Assembly (NCBI GenBank): GCA_040285825.1
Contig: JAUPSS010000006.1
Location: forward strand, 372,001-436,000
Length of the DNA: 64,000 nucleotides
From: Eukaryota sp. TZLM1-RC
Lineage: Eukaryota > Protista > Metamonada: BaSk clade
Direction of reading: 5' to 3'
This document shows positions 1 to 12,674 of the stretch, piece by piece. Within the stretch, counting starts at the first letter, position 1, and the number at the start of each line of letters is the position of its first letter. The position numbers were made by a program, and so were the translations under genes. The notes below the pieces were generated by a model. That model searched no databases. It saw nothing but the letters and a program-made list of their open reading frames with translations, and was not told where the DNA came from.

Positions 1-296
1 TATTTTATCCCACAGAGTTGCCAAAATTCACAAAAAAATTATTGCATCAAAGCTGTGAGAAACAGATTATTAACAACACCATTATAACCGTTGACGTTAA
101 TCTTCAATTTTGTCAGCAATATATTTATTAGAATTTTTAAAATTGATATAATTATATGAATTAATTTTAATAACTTTGTAATACGTTTATATTTATTTAT
201 TTTTTTATATCTCATCACTATTCTTAAACATTTTTAATATTTTTGATTCTATTTATCAAATATCTATTCATCCTTAATCTATTTGTTAAGTTAATT

Positions 297-725
297 CTGA
301 AATCTTGGATTATTTGTAGGGTAATAACAAACTAAATGATGAATTTCTTATTGGAGTTAAACGTGCCTTCAGAGAGAAACGTCTATATATCTCTGGTCTC
401 TCCTCCATTGGGAAAACCACTGTTGTGCGTCTTTTGCAAAAAGTTTGTAATTATTTTTTATTAAGTTTAGGCTGGTCTCCAAGTTTACTTAACTCCCGAT
501 ACCGGTAAATTTGAGAATTTTTGCAACTAAAAATCTGATGTTTGTGTTGCAGATGAACCCAACAGAGTCGAAACCAAAGGTATTGCTCATTGGCTAGCTT
601 GGCTAGATGAAGGGTTTGAATTTTCTTACTAATCACAGATCAATTAATGTTAATGCTCGGAATCACAACGTTCAAAAATACCAAAAGTTACCCACTGTTT
701 TTCTCTCAAATTTGTCAATTAATGA
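297..725 (+). pseudogene. Intron-containing SF3 helicase domain of a CRESS-like Rep (subfamily 1)
   Basis: Removing introns 443-470 and 614-638 gives KRAFREKRLYISGLSSIGKTT (Walker A, 395-418)...DVCVADEP (Walker B)...WLAWLDEG-SINVNARNH (B')...TVFLSN (motif C). In-frame stops present. Confidence 0.8.
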
Positions 726-1560
726 AACTCCGCACGTCCATTAACGATAAAACTAACAGCCAATTGATGGACATTTTTATATATATTTGGATTGATAAGT
801 TTAATACGAGTAATAAGAAACTGGTGATGATGTTTTCGATTTGGAAAATGTATTTGTAAACAAGGTCAATAGACTTGAATCCTCAATTTAATCAAAACAG
901 CTTTTGGCAAACACGCCCCCCCCCCCCCGCAATAAGGACGAAGCCAGTTAAAAGGTCCTTTTGAAAGCTCTAGAGAGAATTCTAGACGTAGTCGACCCAA
1001 ATCCTCATAGCAATGGTGTAGCTCATGCAAAACCAACAAACATCCTGAAGAAAAATGTTGTAAAATGCTGGGAAGACCTGGTTCAAAAAGTAATATCAAA
1101 AGCGTCGGGGGGGAGGGGGGGGGGGCGATAAACGTGATAGAAAACGTAGTACAAATAAATCAGATGAATACACATCTTTTTATAATAATCTTACACACAA
1201 TTCAATCAACACCATTTATACAATGAGCAAAATTGATACAAATTATAGACACCTCAATCCGTTAAAAAGATTTAGAGAGTCGTCCAATCCTGTCGGTTCT
1301 ATCCACAGTGCTAGACTATCCAGGGTGACAGGCAACTAAACAAGTTCTAACGGGGAACTTTGGTTGAAATGTTCAATAAACAACGTGGAAGTAAAGGGCG
1401 AAATTGATAATGGAGCTGCATTCTCAGCATTATCAATGGTTGATTAAATATCCATTGAAAAATGTTGCTAAATTTAGAAAATAACCAACAATACTAGGCA
1501 AATCAGTTTCTTCAAGACATCCAATAGTTGATCAACAACCACCATTACAATTAGTTTCAA
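726..1560 (+). mobile_element. Ty3/Gypsy gag-protease fragment (degraded)
   Basis: Zinc knuckle CSSCKTNKHPEEKC (CX2CX4HX4C) at 1017-1058 and retropepsin-like LKCSINNVEVKGEIDNGAAFSALS at ~1360-1435. Confidence 0.8.
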
Positions 1561-1923
1561 TTATAAGGAGAGTCCTCCAAAGGAGAGTGAACTTCCCGCT
1601 GAGAGAAGTCAGAAAGAAAGTGACCTTCCCCATAAAGAGAGTGATCATCATGTTGAGGATGACTCAGAGTTGTACAACCTTCGAAACAGCCTGAAATTAT
1701 TAATTATTGTGTGGGATATTTGGGGCGTCTGATTATTCTGTCATGGCGTGTTCTAATAAGATAAAAAAGTCAGATACCTTCAAAGAATTTCGTGACGTAT
1801 TTAAAGATATAGATATTTTAATTAAGTAATCTATTTATTTATAACAATAAAAATAGTATAAAAATGATTTTATTTTTTAATTATAACAATGAAAGTATTA
1901 CGAAATTTAATCCTAAATAAAAT

Positions 1924-2841
1924 ATGTACAAAAAAAAGAAAGAAACAGATTGTTTTAATATTGAAAGAAAATCGACTAGTACATCATTTATCATTTTAGA
2001 TGATGCTTTTTTAATAGTAAAAGCATCGGAAAGTGGAATTTTATTGTGGTCATTTAGGTACGACAGGGTTCAAACAATGATCACAATGAAAAACTTGACT
2101 CACCAAGGGACACTCTCCGGTACCACTACAATTCAGGTTTTGCATCAGTCTTCTTGGGTCATTCCCCATGACTCTCTTCCCATTATCAAAACAGAGGATT
2201 GGGAATCTTCTCGACACTTACGTAAAAACAAAGCTAATTATTCCAACACATATAGACGTAGGCTTGAGAAATCTGTTCTGGAATATGCTGAAAAAGAAGG
2301 TATCAAGGTTCGCTTATTAACTTCAAATAGCAACCTGTTGAAACAAAATGAACATACAAATATTTCTTCAATTAATCCAGCTACCAATAAGCCAATATTG
2401 GAGAACATCATAGATGACTCCAAATATTTGGTTTGGCACCAGAATCCATTGTCCGATGTCCTTGCTGCTCCCTGTGTTTATCGCCATGCCGCTGCCCCTG
2501 GCTTTTCCGATGCTGAAAAGGTGGTCCCCATAATAGGGGATCTACAACCGAAACGAAGATTCCGGCTCACGTCCTAGGAGCTTCTCGTTCTTCCGGAAAG
2601 AGAGCTTTCATTCCAAGACGTTCTTTATATGAAAATAGGTCCCCCATCATTTCGCACCGGAGTTTTCTCCCAACTTGACGGACTTCTTCACAAGAGGAAA
2701 TTGGATTTCTTCTCTCACAATTATTTGGCAGCTTGCTACTATTATCATTTCCATGTTATTGAAAATGAGCTGACTTATAATACTAATTCCATTGTTCCAA
2801 TCCTCAAAGAAATTTTCCCTGATTATTCACACCCTCTGTAA
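1924..2841 (+). other. Unassigned coding-like fragments (probably chimeric ORF; one TAG interruption)
   Basis: Adjacent 217 aa and 70 aa ORFs in the same frame; no recognisable motif. Confidence 0.3.
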
Positions 2842-2907
2842 TAAACTACCCGTTTACGTTTTCCTGTAGTTCAACATCTACTTCCTTCTCCTTTTAACTT
2901 CCTCCAT

Positions 2908-3250
2908 ATGCCTCCCAAGACTAGATCTCGTCGTGCACGTCCAACTATCATTCACTCTGGCCGTACTCCCTCCCTGGCCGATGATGTAGCCAAAGAGCAA
3001 CAATGCCCTGAACCCCCTGTTAAGAATTCTCACCGGGATCCAGAATTGGAACTCATTCCTGGGGACATTGCCGACTTAGATTCAAGCAATGATGAAGATG
3101 AAGAAGATCATGAAATAAAGAAGCAACCGTTGACTTGGCAACAAGCCAAAGAAATGGTTACTGCATTCCACCAAATGCAAAATGCACAGATGGTATTAAT
3201 GTGGAATGTGCAGCTGCATTCTAGCATTGATGATTCAGAGGTAACAGAAC
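2908..3250 (+). pseudogene. Fragment of unnamed family Y
   Basis: VQLHSSIDDSEVT is shared with 26120-26170 (VQLHSSTDDSEVT). Confidence 0.5.
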
Positions 3251-3774
3251 CCCTCCCTCTCAGTATTTTGTTCATATCACTCTTTGCTAATTCGGACAAA
3301 TCATATCCTGCTTTTCCAGTTTCCCCCTTAAATGTGGTTCAAAAAGACGCTCTATTCTCTTCTCTGGATTCTTCCCCGGCGGTTACCACAAAAACTAGAA
3401 CACGCAGATCCAACAGTTCTTTATTAACATCAACTATTAGGGAGAAATATTCCACATGGGTAACATGGTTACCCAAGTACAATAGCGCAGATGACTTGGT
3501 ACTGGATTACATTAACCGTAAACGTACACCGAAATTAGATTGATTGTTTGTGATGGTTGTATTTTTATAAACAAATACGTTATTGATTCTTTATCTCATT
3601 TTGCATTTATTAATTATTTGCATTTAGCAATTATTTCAGTCAGGTGAAAAAAATAGCAGAACAATTTAAAGACGATCCAACACTTCAAGAGCTAGCAACA
3701 CCTCTTTTTACAGATGTTTGTCAAGAAATAACATTTGACCTCCTCAATCAGATTAGATCAAGAAAGACTTGTGA

Positions 3775-4530
3775 CCCTCGAAAGCTCAACGTCTGAGTCA
3801 ACCTACATCAACGACATTCAATCTAAATTTGCTAGATTGAAGAAGAAACAGGAGGAAGCTCCGTCAAGCTTCCAAGGCTCCTCCTCCTCGCGATTCCCAA
3901 ATCGAAGCCAACCCTTTCTCTTCTGGCCAATTGGTCAAACGAGCTTCGTCTTCCACTGCTAAGTTACATGGTAATTACAAAGGACAATTCTTAGTTATTG
4001 ACACACCCTCTATCTCCACAGCTGACATCAAGAATCTTTGTACTGGTATGGTAATTAAAGCCAGTGTGAAGCGCCTCCAACCTTGGCATTCCAGTTTACC
4101 AGCGAATGATGAATTTCACTCCTGGGTTGCCGCTGGCGATGCAGAAGAGCACGTGATCCAGAAAGTCCTCAGTCAGGATGGTGATTACTGTCAAGTCCAA
4201 TGGCCTGGCAATCATATTACCACTGAAATTAAGAATCACTTTTATTTTAAGTAATGTTTTTTTTCTTCCTTCCTCTATGGAATATAACCATGAATACAAG
4301 ATTGATTCTGGAATCAAATCAAATATAAAACTCTCTACTATGCAGGGGCACTTATTTCGTAGAATGCTGGTTCCGACTGTTCAAAACACCTCTGCCTATA
4401 AAGAATTCTCCAAGTCTATTTCTAATACTCGCTCTCGTCCTTCACGCCGTAAACGTCGTTCTGATAATATTAATAATAATATTAATCCAACTCCTATCAG
4501 GCCTCGACGCTCGAAAAGAAGAAAGGGCAG
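3775..4530 (+). mobile_element. Ty3/Gypsy integrase C-terminus/chromodomain fragment with polypurine tract
   Basis: Homologous to 10950-11571 (HSWVAAGDAEEHVIQKVLSQDGDYCQVQWPG). An unrelated ~140-bp piece interrupts it at ~4230-4370. PPT gaaaagaagaaagggcag precedes the LTR. Confidence 0.85.
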
Positions 4531-4677
4531 TGTTAGCCTTGGATAATAGTTTATTTATAGTTTATTTATAGTTTATTGTATTATTGCGCCCATGCGCTTA
4601 AGTTAAGGGAAATCCTCATTCCCTTGTAATAAATTACTCTACATCTAGGTATAATGTCTAACCCCCGCAGATCATCA
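4531..4677 (+). mobile_element. Short LTR (~147 bp)
   Basis: TG...CA ends (tgttag...catca), directly after the PPT; related to 8016-8164 and 11572-11725. Confidence 0.8.
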
Positions 4678-5106
4678 TATTTATTTTGAAACCGTTGATT
4701 GATCCTCAAGAACTTGGTTTTAAAAATGACACCCCTAGTAAAAAAAAAAGAATCAAATATGAAGATCTTATGTTCAAAAAGAACGGAAAGCCACGTTTAA
4801 AGGACTATCCAGCTGATGTTTTCAAAAAGTTTAATTGTCAGATGGAAGCAACATTATGGCTGGACCAACAGTGTGATACTTCATACATAGACGAAAGTGA
4901 CTACAGGTCCAGTAATTTCTGAGAACCAGCAGTGGTTATGCTCAAGAGGATTTGAAAACAATGAATGAAGAGAATTGGTATTTTTGCTATGTCATGAACC
5001 AATGGCAAACTCGATTAGGAGGACGCGAAAAACCTTTAGGCATAAACGCAGTAAGTTGTCAATAAGAAACCCTAATTAATAGATAGATAACAATGTAAAC
5101 ATTAAA

Positions 5107-5290
5107 CCTAAAAAAATCCAAAAACATATAGACTATACAGACACATGTAATCAGATCTTTCTTGACCGTAATCAGCTTCAAACAGTTGAAATCTGAATGA
5201 TTGATGATTACTCAGTCATTTATGTATTTATTGATAAAGACTCAAAATAAAGAGAATTACTCTCAATATTTGGTAGAGACTCCAATAAAT
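5107..5290. repeat. Conserved hairpin-rich dispersed 'trailer' repeat, copy 1
   Basis: Core agactatacagacacatgtaatcagatctttcttgaccgtaatc...gagaattactctcaatatttggtagagactc recurs at ~12675, 27630, 38305, 55660 (rc) and 62870 (rc). Confidence 0.9.
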
Positions 5291-5419
5291 AAACCATAAT
5301 TAGATTCGTGCTGATCAATATCAAAATCAGTAATAGTGATTGATAAATGAGAAGACAAAAAATTGAAACTAAATAAAAAAAATTCCCAGAATAATTGTTA
5401 AAAGAAGTGGTGATAACAA

Positions 5420-5910
5420 CAAAAAAATAACACAAAAAAGAAAAAAAGAAGCAAAAAATGTCCGACATGTTGGCATCCAACAACCCAACACCAAAGTTCA
5501 AAAAGTACATCCGTCTGGGTTCGAGTCCCGGTGTCCGACTTTTGATTCCAAGTTTAGATTTAAACATGGATATGGATCGGTACTGGTGGCGGAAAACAAT
5601 GGAAAACAATTGCAGAGAGTCTATTCGAGTACTGATACCACTCAGTTACCCCAGATGAGAGGGACGGAACGGAGATCGCAAGGAAGGGATGAGAGACTTT
5701 GAGGGTAGAATTATCAGTGAAGAAGAGATGAAGTACTGTTGAGAGGTAAGCAAGAGAGAGATTACAGTCATCAAAAAGTGTGAAGATACCAACCATAAGC
5801 GTCTACTGTGACTAGTAAACGACGGAAAGGGCTAAGTGTGCATGGGATTAGAAATATCACTACTCAATGAAAGGGTGTCATCATGGAGGATGAAAATCAA
5901 AATTGCAAAG
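5420..5910 (-). pseudogene. Surface-protein-like family C1 remnant with embedded B-box (GGGTTCGAGTCCC, + strand, 5517-5529)
   Basis: Homologous to 14380-14640 and 28340-28870. Minus strand reads GTRTxTDV...HVG followed by a hydrophobic tail. Confidence 0.55.
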
Positions 5911-6049
5911 TCAATTTGCATTTTAATTCTGTGATTTGCATTTGAATTGCATAAATTCCTTTTGTAGCCACTTTTTAACAAACTCCTTAGGATATCATTT
6001 TCTAGCATCCCCGATGATGTTGACCCATTCACTATGCCACATTCTCAAT

Positions 6050-7010
6050 TCATTGATATCATCATTACGTAATGTGATATTTTTGTTATCTCATTTTACT
6101 AATTTTTTCATCTTTTATGTTGGAAAATAATGTTGGAACAATGAATGTGTTCGAATCACCGTGGTCTTGAATATGTATAGTCGAATATGTTAAAAACAAT
6201 GTTGATAGTGTTTAAAGTGTGTGAATGTGAGTGTAATGTGTAGATTTTCATTATCATTGACCATAATCCCTATCATTTTGCATAACTTCAAAATAGACTA
6301 TGTAACTGTAAAACCTCTTAATTATATGTGTATTGTATAAGCTTTTGCAAGTTTAAAATGGTATATAAGACTTTGTAATATTTGATAGAGAATTTGAAAT
6401 GTTATTTCAAAATCTCACATTTTTCAAAAAGTCATACAACTCTTTCATAAATCTTTGTTGATTTCTACAAACAAATTCTATGTGTTGTTTTCAACATTTT
6501 TGATCCAGTTATTTCATTATTTCGTAATGTGATATTTTTGTTATCTCATTTTACCATTTTCTTCATCTTTTATGTTGGAAAATAATGTTGGAAAAATGAA
6601 TGTGTTCGAATCACTGTGGTCTTGAATATGTATAGTCGAATAAGCTAAAAAAACAATGCTGATAGTGTTTAAAGTGTGTGAATGTGAGTGTAATGTGTAG
6701 ATTTTCATTATCATTGACCATAATCCCTATCATTTTGCATAACTTCAAAATAAACTATGGAACAGTAAAACCTCTTACTTTTGTGTGTATTGTATATGTT
6801 TTTGCGAGTATAAAATGATAAATAAGAGTTTTTAGTATTTAATAGAGAATTTGAAATTTTATTTTAAAATCTCACATATTTCAAAAAGTCATACAACTCT
6901 TTCATAAATCTTTGTTAATTTCTACAAACAAATGCTATGTGGTGTTTACAACATGCTCCATTCATTAATATCATTATTACGTAATGTGATATTTTTGTTA
7001 TCTCATTTAT
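6050..7010 (+). repeat. Two units of the ~456-bp tandem repeat
   Basis: Same unit as 51772-53180 (e.g. atcactgtggtcttgaatatgtatagtcgaa; cattacgtaatgtgatatt). Confidence 0.9.
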
Positions 7011-8015
7011 CAATTTAAATTTAAATCGAGTTATCGTATTTGATAAAATACGTTTATATATATAGTTATATATATACTACGTTAATTACTATTTTTTCAT
7101 AATAGCCCAATTAGCAAAAAAAGTTAATTAATATAATATTAATTATATTATTATTATTAATTATAAATAATATATATATATATAGTTATATATATTTATA
7201 CAACGTATAAATTACAACGTATATTTATTTATATTTAATAATAGCCCAATTTTTTGGCGCCCAAAATTTTAGGAATTTTAACAAAAAAAATTTAACAATA
7301 TAAACCTTAAATGTTTGTGTATTCGACAGTTCGATAGAACATCAATTGAAATTGTTTAGGCATCCTAGTACAATATCTACGTTAACTGTTCTATATCAAA
7401 ATCTTTCATTTTATAATTTGTTCTCTTTGATTTGAAATGATTTAGCTAGTGTTGAATTTTTCAATAGTTTTTATCATTAAATTCGTTCAACTTATGAGTC
7501 GGTTTACCATCCATAGTGGACATGATAGTTGAGTCTTTATCTACTAAGAGTCTGCTCAAAACCAACCTATCCAACAAGATTCATCTGTCAATTTAGATAA
7601 TATTGGGGATTCAACAATGTAGTTTATATACTTATCCCCTAGTATAATGTGTATGTAATGAGTATAATATAGTATAGTATAATGTGTAGTAGTATAATGT
7701 GATTAAATCTCTTCTCTCGTTACTCTGAACACATAAAATGTAACAATAACAATGAAACTGCTATGTGATGTTCAATGAAATTTTATTGTTGAATGTCTTA
7801 TTTTTTTCCGACTGACATTCCCAATGTCAAATGAAATGCCCCAAATGACATTCTTAATTCAATTTAATTTAATACCGTTCGCATGAATTTAAAACAAATG
7901 ACAAAAATGAAAAAGAAATAATACATTACCTATTCCTATTTTCCATGCCTCCTCAACATAAAAAAGTGCTCGTGCAGTTATTCCCCGTATGGTTTTAAGT
8001 GAAAATAATTATTAT

Positions 8016-8164
8016 TGTTAGTCTTGAATAGTATTTATAGTTTAATTACATAGTTTATTTAGTATTCCGCCTATTATTTTAAGAAGAGGGAATACAATTC
8101 CTCTTTGTAATAAATTTCCTTACATTTACTCTGTATGTCTGATACTAACCAGCCAAGACCATCA
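8016..8164 (+). mobile_element. Solo/orphan LTR (149 bp)
   Basis: tgttagtcttgaatagtatttatag...cagccaagaccatca, homologous to the 3' LTR at 11572-11725. Confidence 0.8.
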
Positions 8165-9239
8165 ATACGTATTGGGTCCTTAGAGGCTCAACACAGGATC
8201 CTTGAGGAAGAGACTGGTCCCTCTTCCTCTCAACTAACCGCAGACCAAGCTCCCGTGCTCACATCCATACTAGCTACCATACTACCTCTAATGTTCATCA
8301 CGGTGCTTCCCGTCAGCACAATCCTTATGCACGTTATAGGGATTCACAGGTCATTCCGAAGGACCCAGAAGCCATCCCTCCCACGGAGATGAGCAACAAA
8401 ATTGAGGAACCTTTGGGTGGTTCCAATGACACCTCCGAGACTGTTAGGACTGATCCTCCTACGTCTCACCTTTCGAGTTCTTCCTCCCGAACTCCTCAGT
8501 TAGGACCAGAACAACCCTTGACAACTGGGTCCGAGGGAAGCAATGCTTTTCCTCCTCCTGTGTCGACTCCTCCTTCCGGAGATTCTGTCACACAACCCAA
8601 TGTTTCAAGTTCTTCCTCCCAAACTCCTCAGTTGGGAACAGAATCACAAAATAATTCATCAAATAGAAACATACACTTACCCACTTGCTTCAAATGTCGT
8701 TGTGCTTTCAAAAACAGGCCAGTAAGGTACAGAGATGATCCATACATATGTGATACTTCCTTTGACTGTCAATAGCAAAGAAACGTATCAATTCTGATGA
8801 TACATTCATAAATGTAACAATTTAAACCTTAAATGTTTGTCATTGTACTGATTCTAGGTTAATTCCTTTTCACTATAAGGGAATCATTCCCAATAGACCA
8901 GAAGACAGTGTTCAATACCAACAATACACTATTGATACTCAAACAATCTGTAGGGCAGATATATCAACACCCCAGAGTTATTCCGTGCCCCAATTAGCAA
9001 CACCAAAAGTTAGACGAGCTTGCAAATTTCCTGGTTCTAGAAAACAATCAATGTCCATAATTAACGAAGAAGTACCAGTATCTCCAGATAATTGTGCAAC
9101 CCCTAATCCCACACCAAAAACTCCCACAGTTCAAGAGGATATTTTGCCCACCTGAAACCAATGTTCAAACTAATGGAGCGTTCAACTTGAAAGGTCAATT
9201 GTGAATTAAAGTCTAATTTCACTTTTCCTTCACTGCATG

Positions 9240-9705
9240 TCAGCACATCCATTATTACCTGATGATGGCCCAAGTGACACTAAAGACACAATGAAGAACA
9301 CGAGAATGTATGTTTGTTTTGTCTTACTAATATTAGAAATTACAGAAGGGAGATTTATAGACTTGCCGTATCACTAGCCATGGTGTTACGGGCCAAGTAC
9401 GCCCTCACAGGGAATTTGCGTGAACAAAATGCTCAGGTCCGGTTGACCATTGGCAACGGATACTGCATGCATCAAGAGGTGGTTAATATCATGGTATCAT
9501 CTCAAATAATTAACGATGAACATGTCGATTTGAAACCTTTTATAACTACTAGAACTGATGAAATCAATAGCTGTCTAAGATTATATCCAATTGAGTACCC
9601 TCTACCTAATCCACGGCTGCAGATTCGCCCTGTGTGTGCCAGAGCCAGAATTCCAAAGTATCACCCAAGCACTACTTTTGTTTTGCCACATACACCACAA
9701 GCGGT
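9240..9705 (+). pseudogene. Fragment of unnamed intron-containing family X
   Basis: Intron gtatgtttgttttgtcttactaatattag splits MKNTR-/NYRREIYRL. RPVCARARIPKY is shared with 38707-38982. Confidence 0.6.
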
Positions 9706-11571
9706 TTTGAAAACTACTTGAAAGGAAGGAAACTGGTTATATTCACAGACCATCAAAACCTTACCTACATGTTCACGGCTCCTGAGAAGAACAGAATTGT
9801 AACAAGATGGTTACCCATATTCTCTGAATTCTGCTTTGACTTGGTACATACCAAAGGGGAAGATAACTTCTGGGCTGATATGTTGTCTCGAATAGTTCCG
9901 CCTATAGACCATCAAGAGATCAATCATTTGTCCCATCAAATGCCTCCAAATTTTCATCCAATATTTTACATTGATAAAATTGATGGAACAGAAAATGAAA
10001 GATACTACATCGAAGACTTAAACAACTTCGAACGTATCATGGTCATCAGAGAACGATGTTCCAACAACCTGCCTATTTTCGAACCATGGCTCTGTAGGAT
10101 TAGGTCCGAGCAGAAGCTTGCCATAGCTTCCAAAGACCCCTCTTTCAACAACTGTGTTCATAACAATCATCTTGATTTATATATGACTCACGACAACAAG
10201 ATAGTGATTCCCAAATCACTCATTAAGGACACCCTTAACTTGTTGCATGGACTTCTGCAAGGAGGTCATCCAAGCAAAGCTGAAAGCCTGAACAAGCTCA
10301 GGAACAGCGATTATTGGTGGCCAAACATGCTCACCGACATGAATAAGCACGTCCAAGAATGCCCCTCCTGTCAGAAAACAAAGCCAGTTCCCAAACTGCA
10401 TGTTCCCCCAACCGGTTCATTGTGGGCTGACAGACCTTTTGCTCGCGTCAACGCCGACGTCATTGGTCCTCTTCCAGAAGATCAAGAAGGCTACAAATAC
10501 ATCCTCGTATTTATTGACAGCTTCTCTAGGTTCACGATCATCGTGCCTTTAAAAGAGATAAATGCCAATCTTACTGCAGATGCATTAATTTGGAAAGTCT
10601 GTGCCATCTTTGGTATTCCATTTCAAATCCACAGCGATAATGGACCCGAATTTTTCCAAGGCTGTCTTTGACGAATTAAGCAAATTTTTTTGGGCATAGA
10701 GGTGTCAAAGTCAATACCTAGGTTTTCTCCGTCCAACGGCCTGGTAGAGCGCCGACACAGAGACATCCTGCAAAACCTACGGAAATTGCTCGTAGACTTC
10801 AATGCCTACGATGTGTGGTCTGAATACTTGCCTTATGTGCAATTATTGATCAACTCTTCCAAGAGCTCAATAACCAACCACACCCCATACCAAGTGATCT
10901 TTGGCTCAGATGTGTCCCCCAGATCAGACCCTGGCAAAATTCTTGAAATCATTGAAAGCTCGACGTCTGAGTCATCTTTTATTCAAGAAATTCAATCTAA
11001 ATTTCGAAGATTGAAAGAGAAACAGGAAAAGGCAGCACACCATCAAGCTTCCAAAGCTTCCAAGCTAACTAGATCGTCAACTCCAAACCCTTTTGAAGTT
11101 GGTCAATTGGTATTGAGAGCATCTGGCTCTTCCGCTAAGCTTCATGGAGACTATTTAGGTCCCTTCCTAATTACTGAAATCGTATCCAACTCGTCTGTGA
11201 ATATTAAGAATCTCTGCACAGGTACGAGTGTCCAAGCTAGCGTCAAACATTTAGCACCCTGGCACTCCAGCTTGCCCACCAACGATGAGTTCCACTCCTG
11301 GGTCGCTGCTGGTGATGTCGAAGAACACATCATTGAAAAAGTGCTCAGTCAGGATGGTGACTTTTGCCAAGTGCAATGGCCTGGAAAAGAGATCACCACC
11401 GAACATGTGTCTACAGTCCAAAATACTGCCGCGTATAAAGACTTTATCAAGACTTCAAAAGCACGTCGCCGTACTAAATCCGCTCCTCCCAAGAAGCGTC
11501 ATATTTCCATTAGTTCACCTCCTGTGACTAGAGCTTCCAGGGCTCGTCGCTCGAAAGAGAGGAAAAGGCAG
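9706..11571 (+). mobile_element. Ty3/Gypsy pol 3' half: RNase H end, integrase (Zn-binding, DDE), chromodomain-like tail; frame break near 10660
   Basis: FTDHQNL...RW...HTKGEDNFWADMLSR; GHPS...CPSCQK; NADVIGPLP, DSFSRF, HSDNGPEF, SNGLVER; PPT at 11553-11571. Confidence 0.95.
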
Positions 11572-11725
11572 TGTTAGTCTTGAATAGTATTTATAGTTAA
11601 TAGTTTAGTTATCAGTATTCCGCCTGTTAGCTTAAGAAGAGAGAATACAATTCCTCTTCGTAATAAACTACACTTCTGTTATACTACACTGTATGAATTC
11701 TAACTCACAACAGCCAAGACCATCA
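11572..11725 (+). mobile_element. 3' LTR (154 bp)
   Basis: Starts with TG immediately after the PPT and ends catca. Confidence 0.85.
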
Positions 11726-11881
11726 CATGGAATGAGATAATAGTGTAGAATATAATATTCAAACCATGGAATGAGATAATAGTGTAGAATATAATATTCA
11801 AACCATGAAATGAGATAATAGTGTAGAATATAATATTCAAACCATGGAATGAGATAATAGTGTAGAATATAATATTCAAAC
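11726..11881. repeat. Minisatellite, 4 x 39 bp
   Basis: catggaatgagataatagtgtagaatataatattcaaac x4, no spacers. Confidence 0.95.
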
Positions 11882-12674
11882 TTAGGTGCTCTTTTTGCAT
11901 ATATTGATGAAAACTTTCAACATTCTTATTATTTTGGTTATGTTTTAGGAGACGTTACGTCGGATTCTGGGCAAAATAGAATGTGCCTTATATGGTATGA
12001 AGCCACGCAAGAGCATTCTTATGCATTTGTTAGTTTGATTTACATACCAGGCTTTCATCATGTCAAGGATTTAACTGATATTTGTAGACGTTGTTCTATC
12101 ACTGTAAAAGACAAATGTCTATTTGAGCACTACCTAAAACGTTCAGATTTAACCGAACAGGCACGATATTTAAGTAGACACTTTCCTTCTCTATTCAAAG
12201 AACTTAATGCTATGTATGCAGACGATCATGAACTCCAATATAACAAAATTGAATCACAATTTTCTAGTGATCCTGATGAAGTATCTTATTTTTAAGACGC
12301 TGATGTGGACATGTAATAATTTGTTTCTAATTGGTTTTTAATCTTTGTATTAAATACATCTATTTGCTTCGATAAAATTCACACTATACTGAAACTTTTT
12401 TTTGTTGTTGTTCCTAAGATTGTGATTAGTCGGGTAGAAAACCTTCGGATTTGTCAAAATCAAAAAGTGAAATGTACAAAGGGGAAAAGCTGGAGTTTTT
12501 TCCAGTTCTTACAGATTACATAGCAGAAAATTCCCGTAAGGCTGTACGAAAACAATTGACGGAGGAAACAGTTATTTCGGTTGGTCAAACCAAAAGACAA
12601 CAATATACAATCCTATACAAGTTCGACCGAGCCAAAAAGAAAGAAAAGTGGTTTACCAGCCAAAAATAAAGAAA

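Larger units (their letters stand above)
1..6900 (+). repeat. Left arm of long inverted duplication (probably extends left of the window)
   Basis: Position 1 onward is the reverse complement of 60932 downward. The ORF track shows mirror pairs (1924..2577/58378..59031, 2908..3543/57412..58047, 3931..4254/56702..57025) with only scattered substitutions. The inner end runs into 456-bp repeat units. Confidence 0.95.

Noticed and set aside
5195-5225. CRESS nonanucleotide (GATGATTAC) in the trailer hairpin loop
   Set aside because: The loop sequence is not conserved in the 27630, 38305 and 62870 copies.
5480-5545. tRNA genes at the GGTTCGANTCCC sites
   Set aside because: Only the T-arm is present; no acceptor, D or anticodon arm could be folded, nor a permuted 5' half downstream.
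8016-11725. Intact LTR retrotransposon between two LTRs
   Set aside because: The LTRs are clearly diverged, no PBS or TSD was found, and the interior lacks gag/PR/RT and contains unrelated fragments.
11726-11881. 39-bp (and 79-bp at 42122) repeats as CRISPR arrays
   Set aside because: Head-to-tail units without unique spacers, no cas genes, eukaryotic context.
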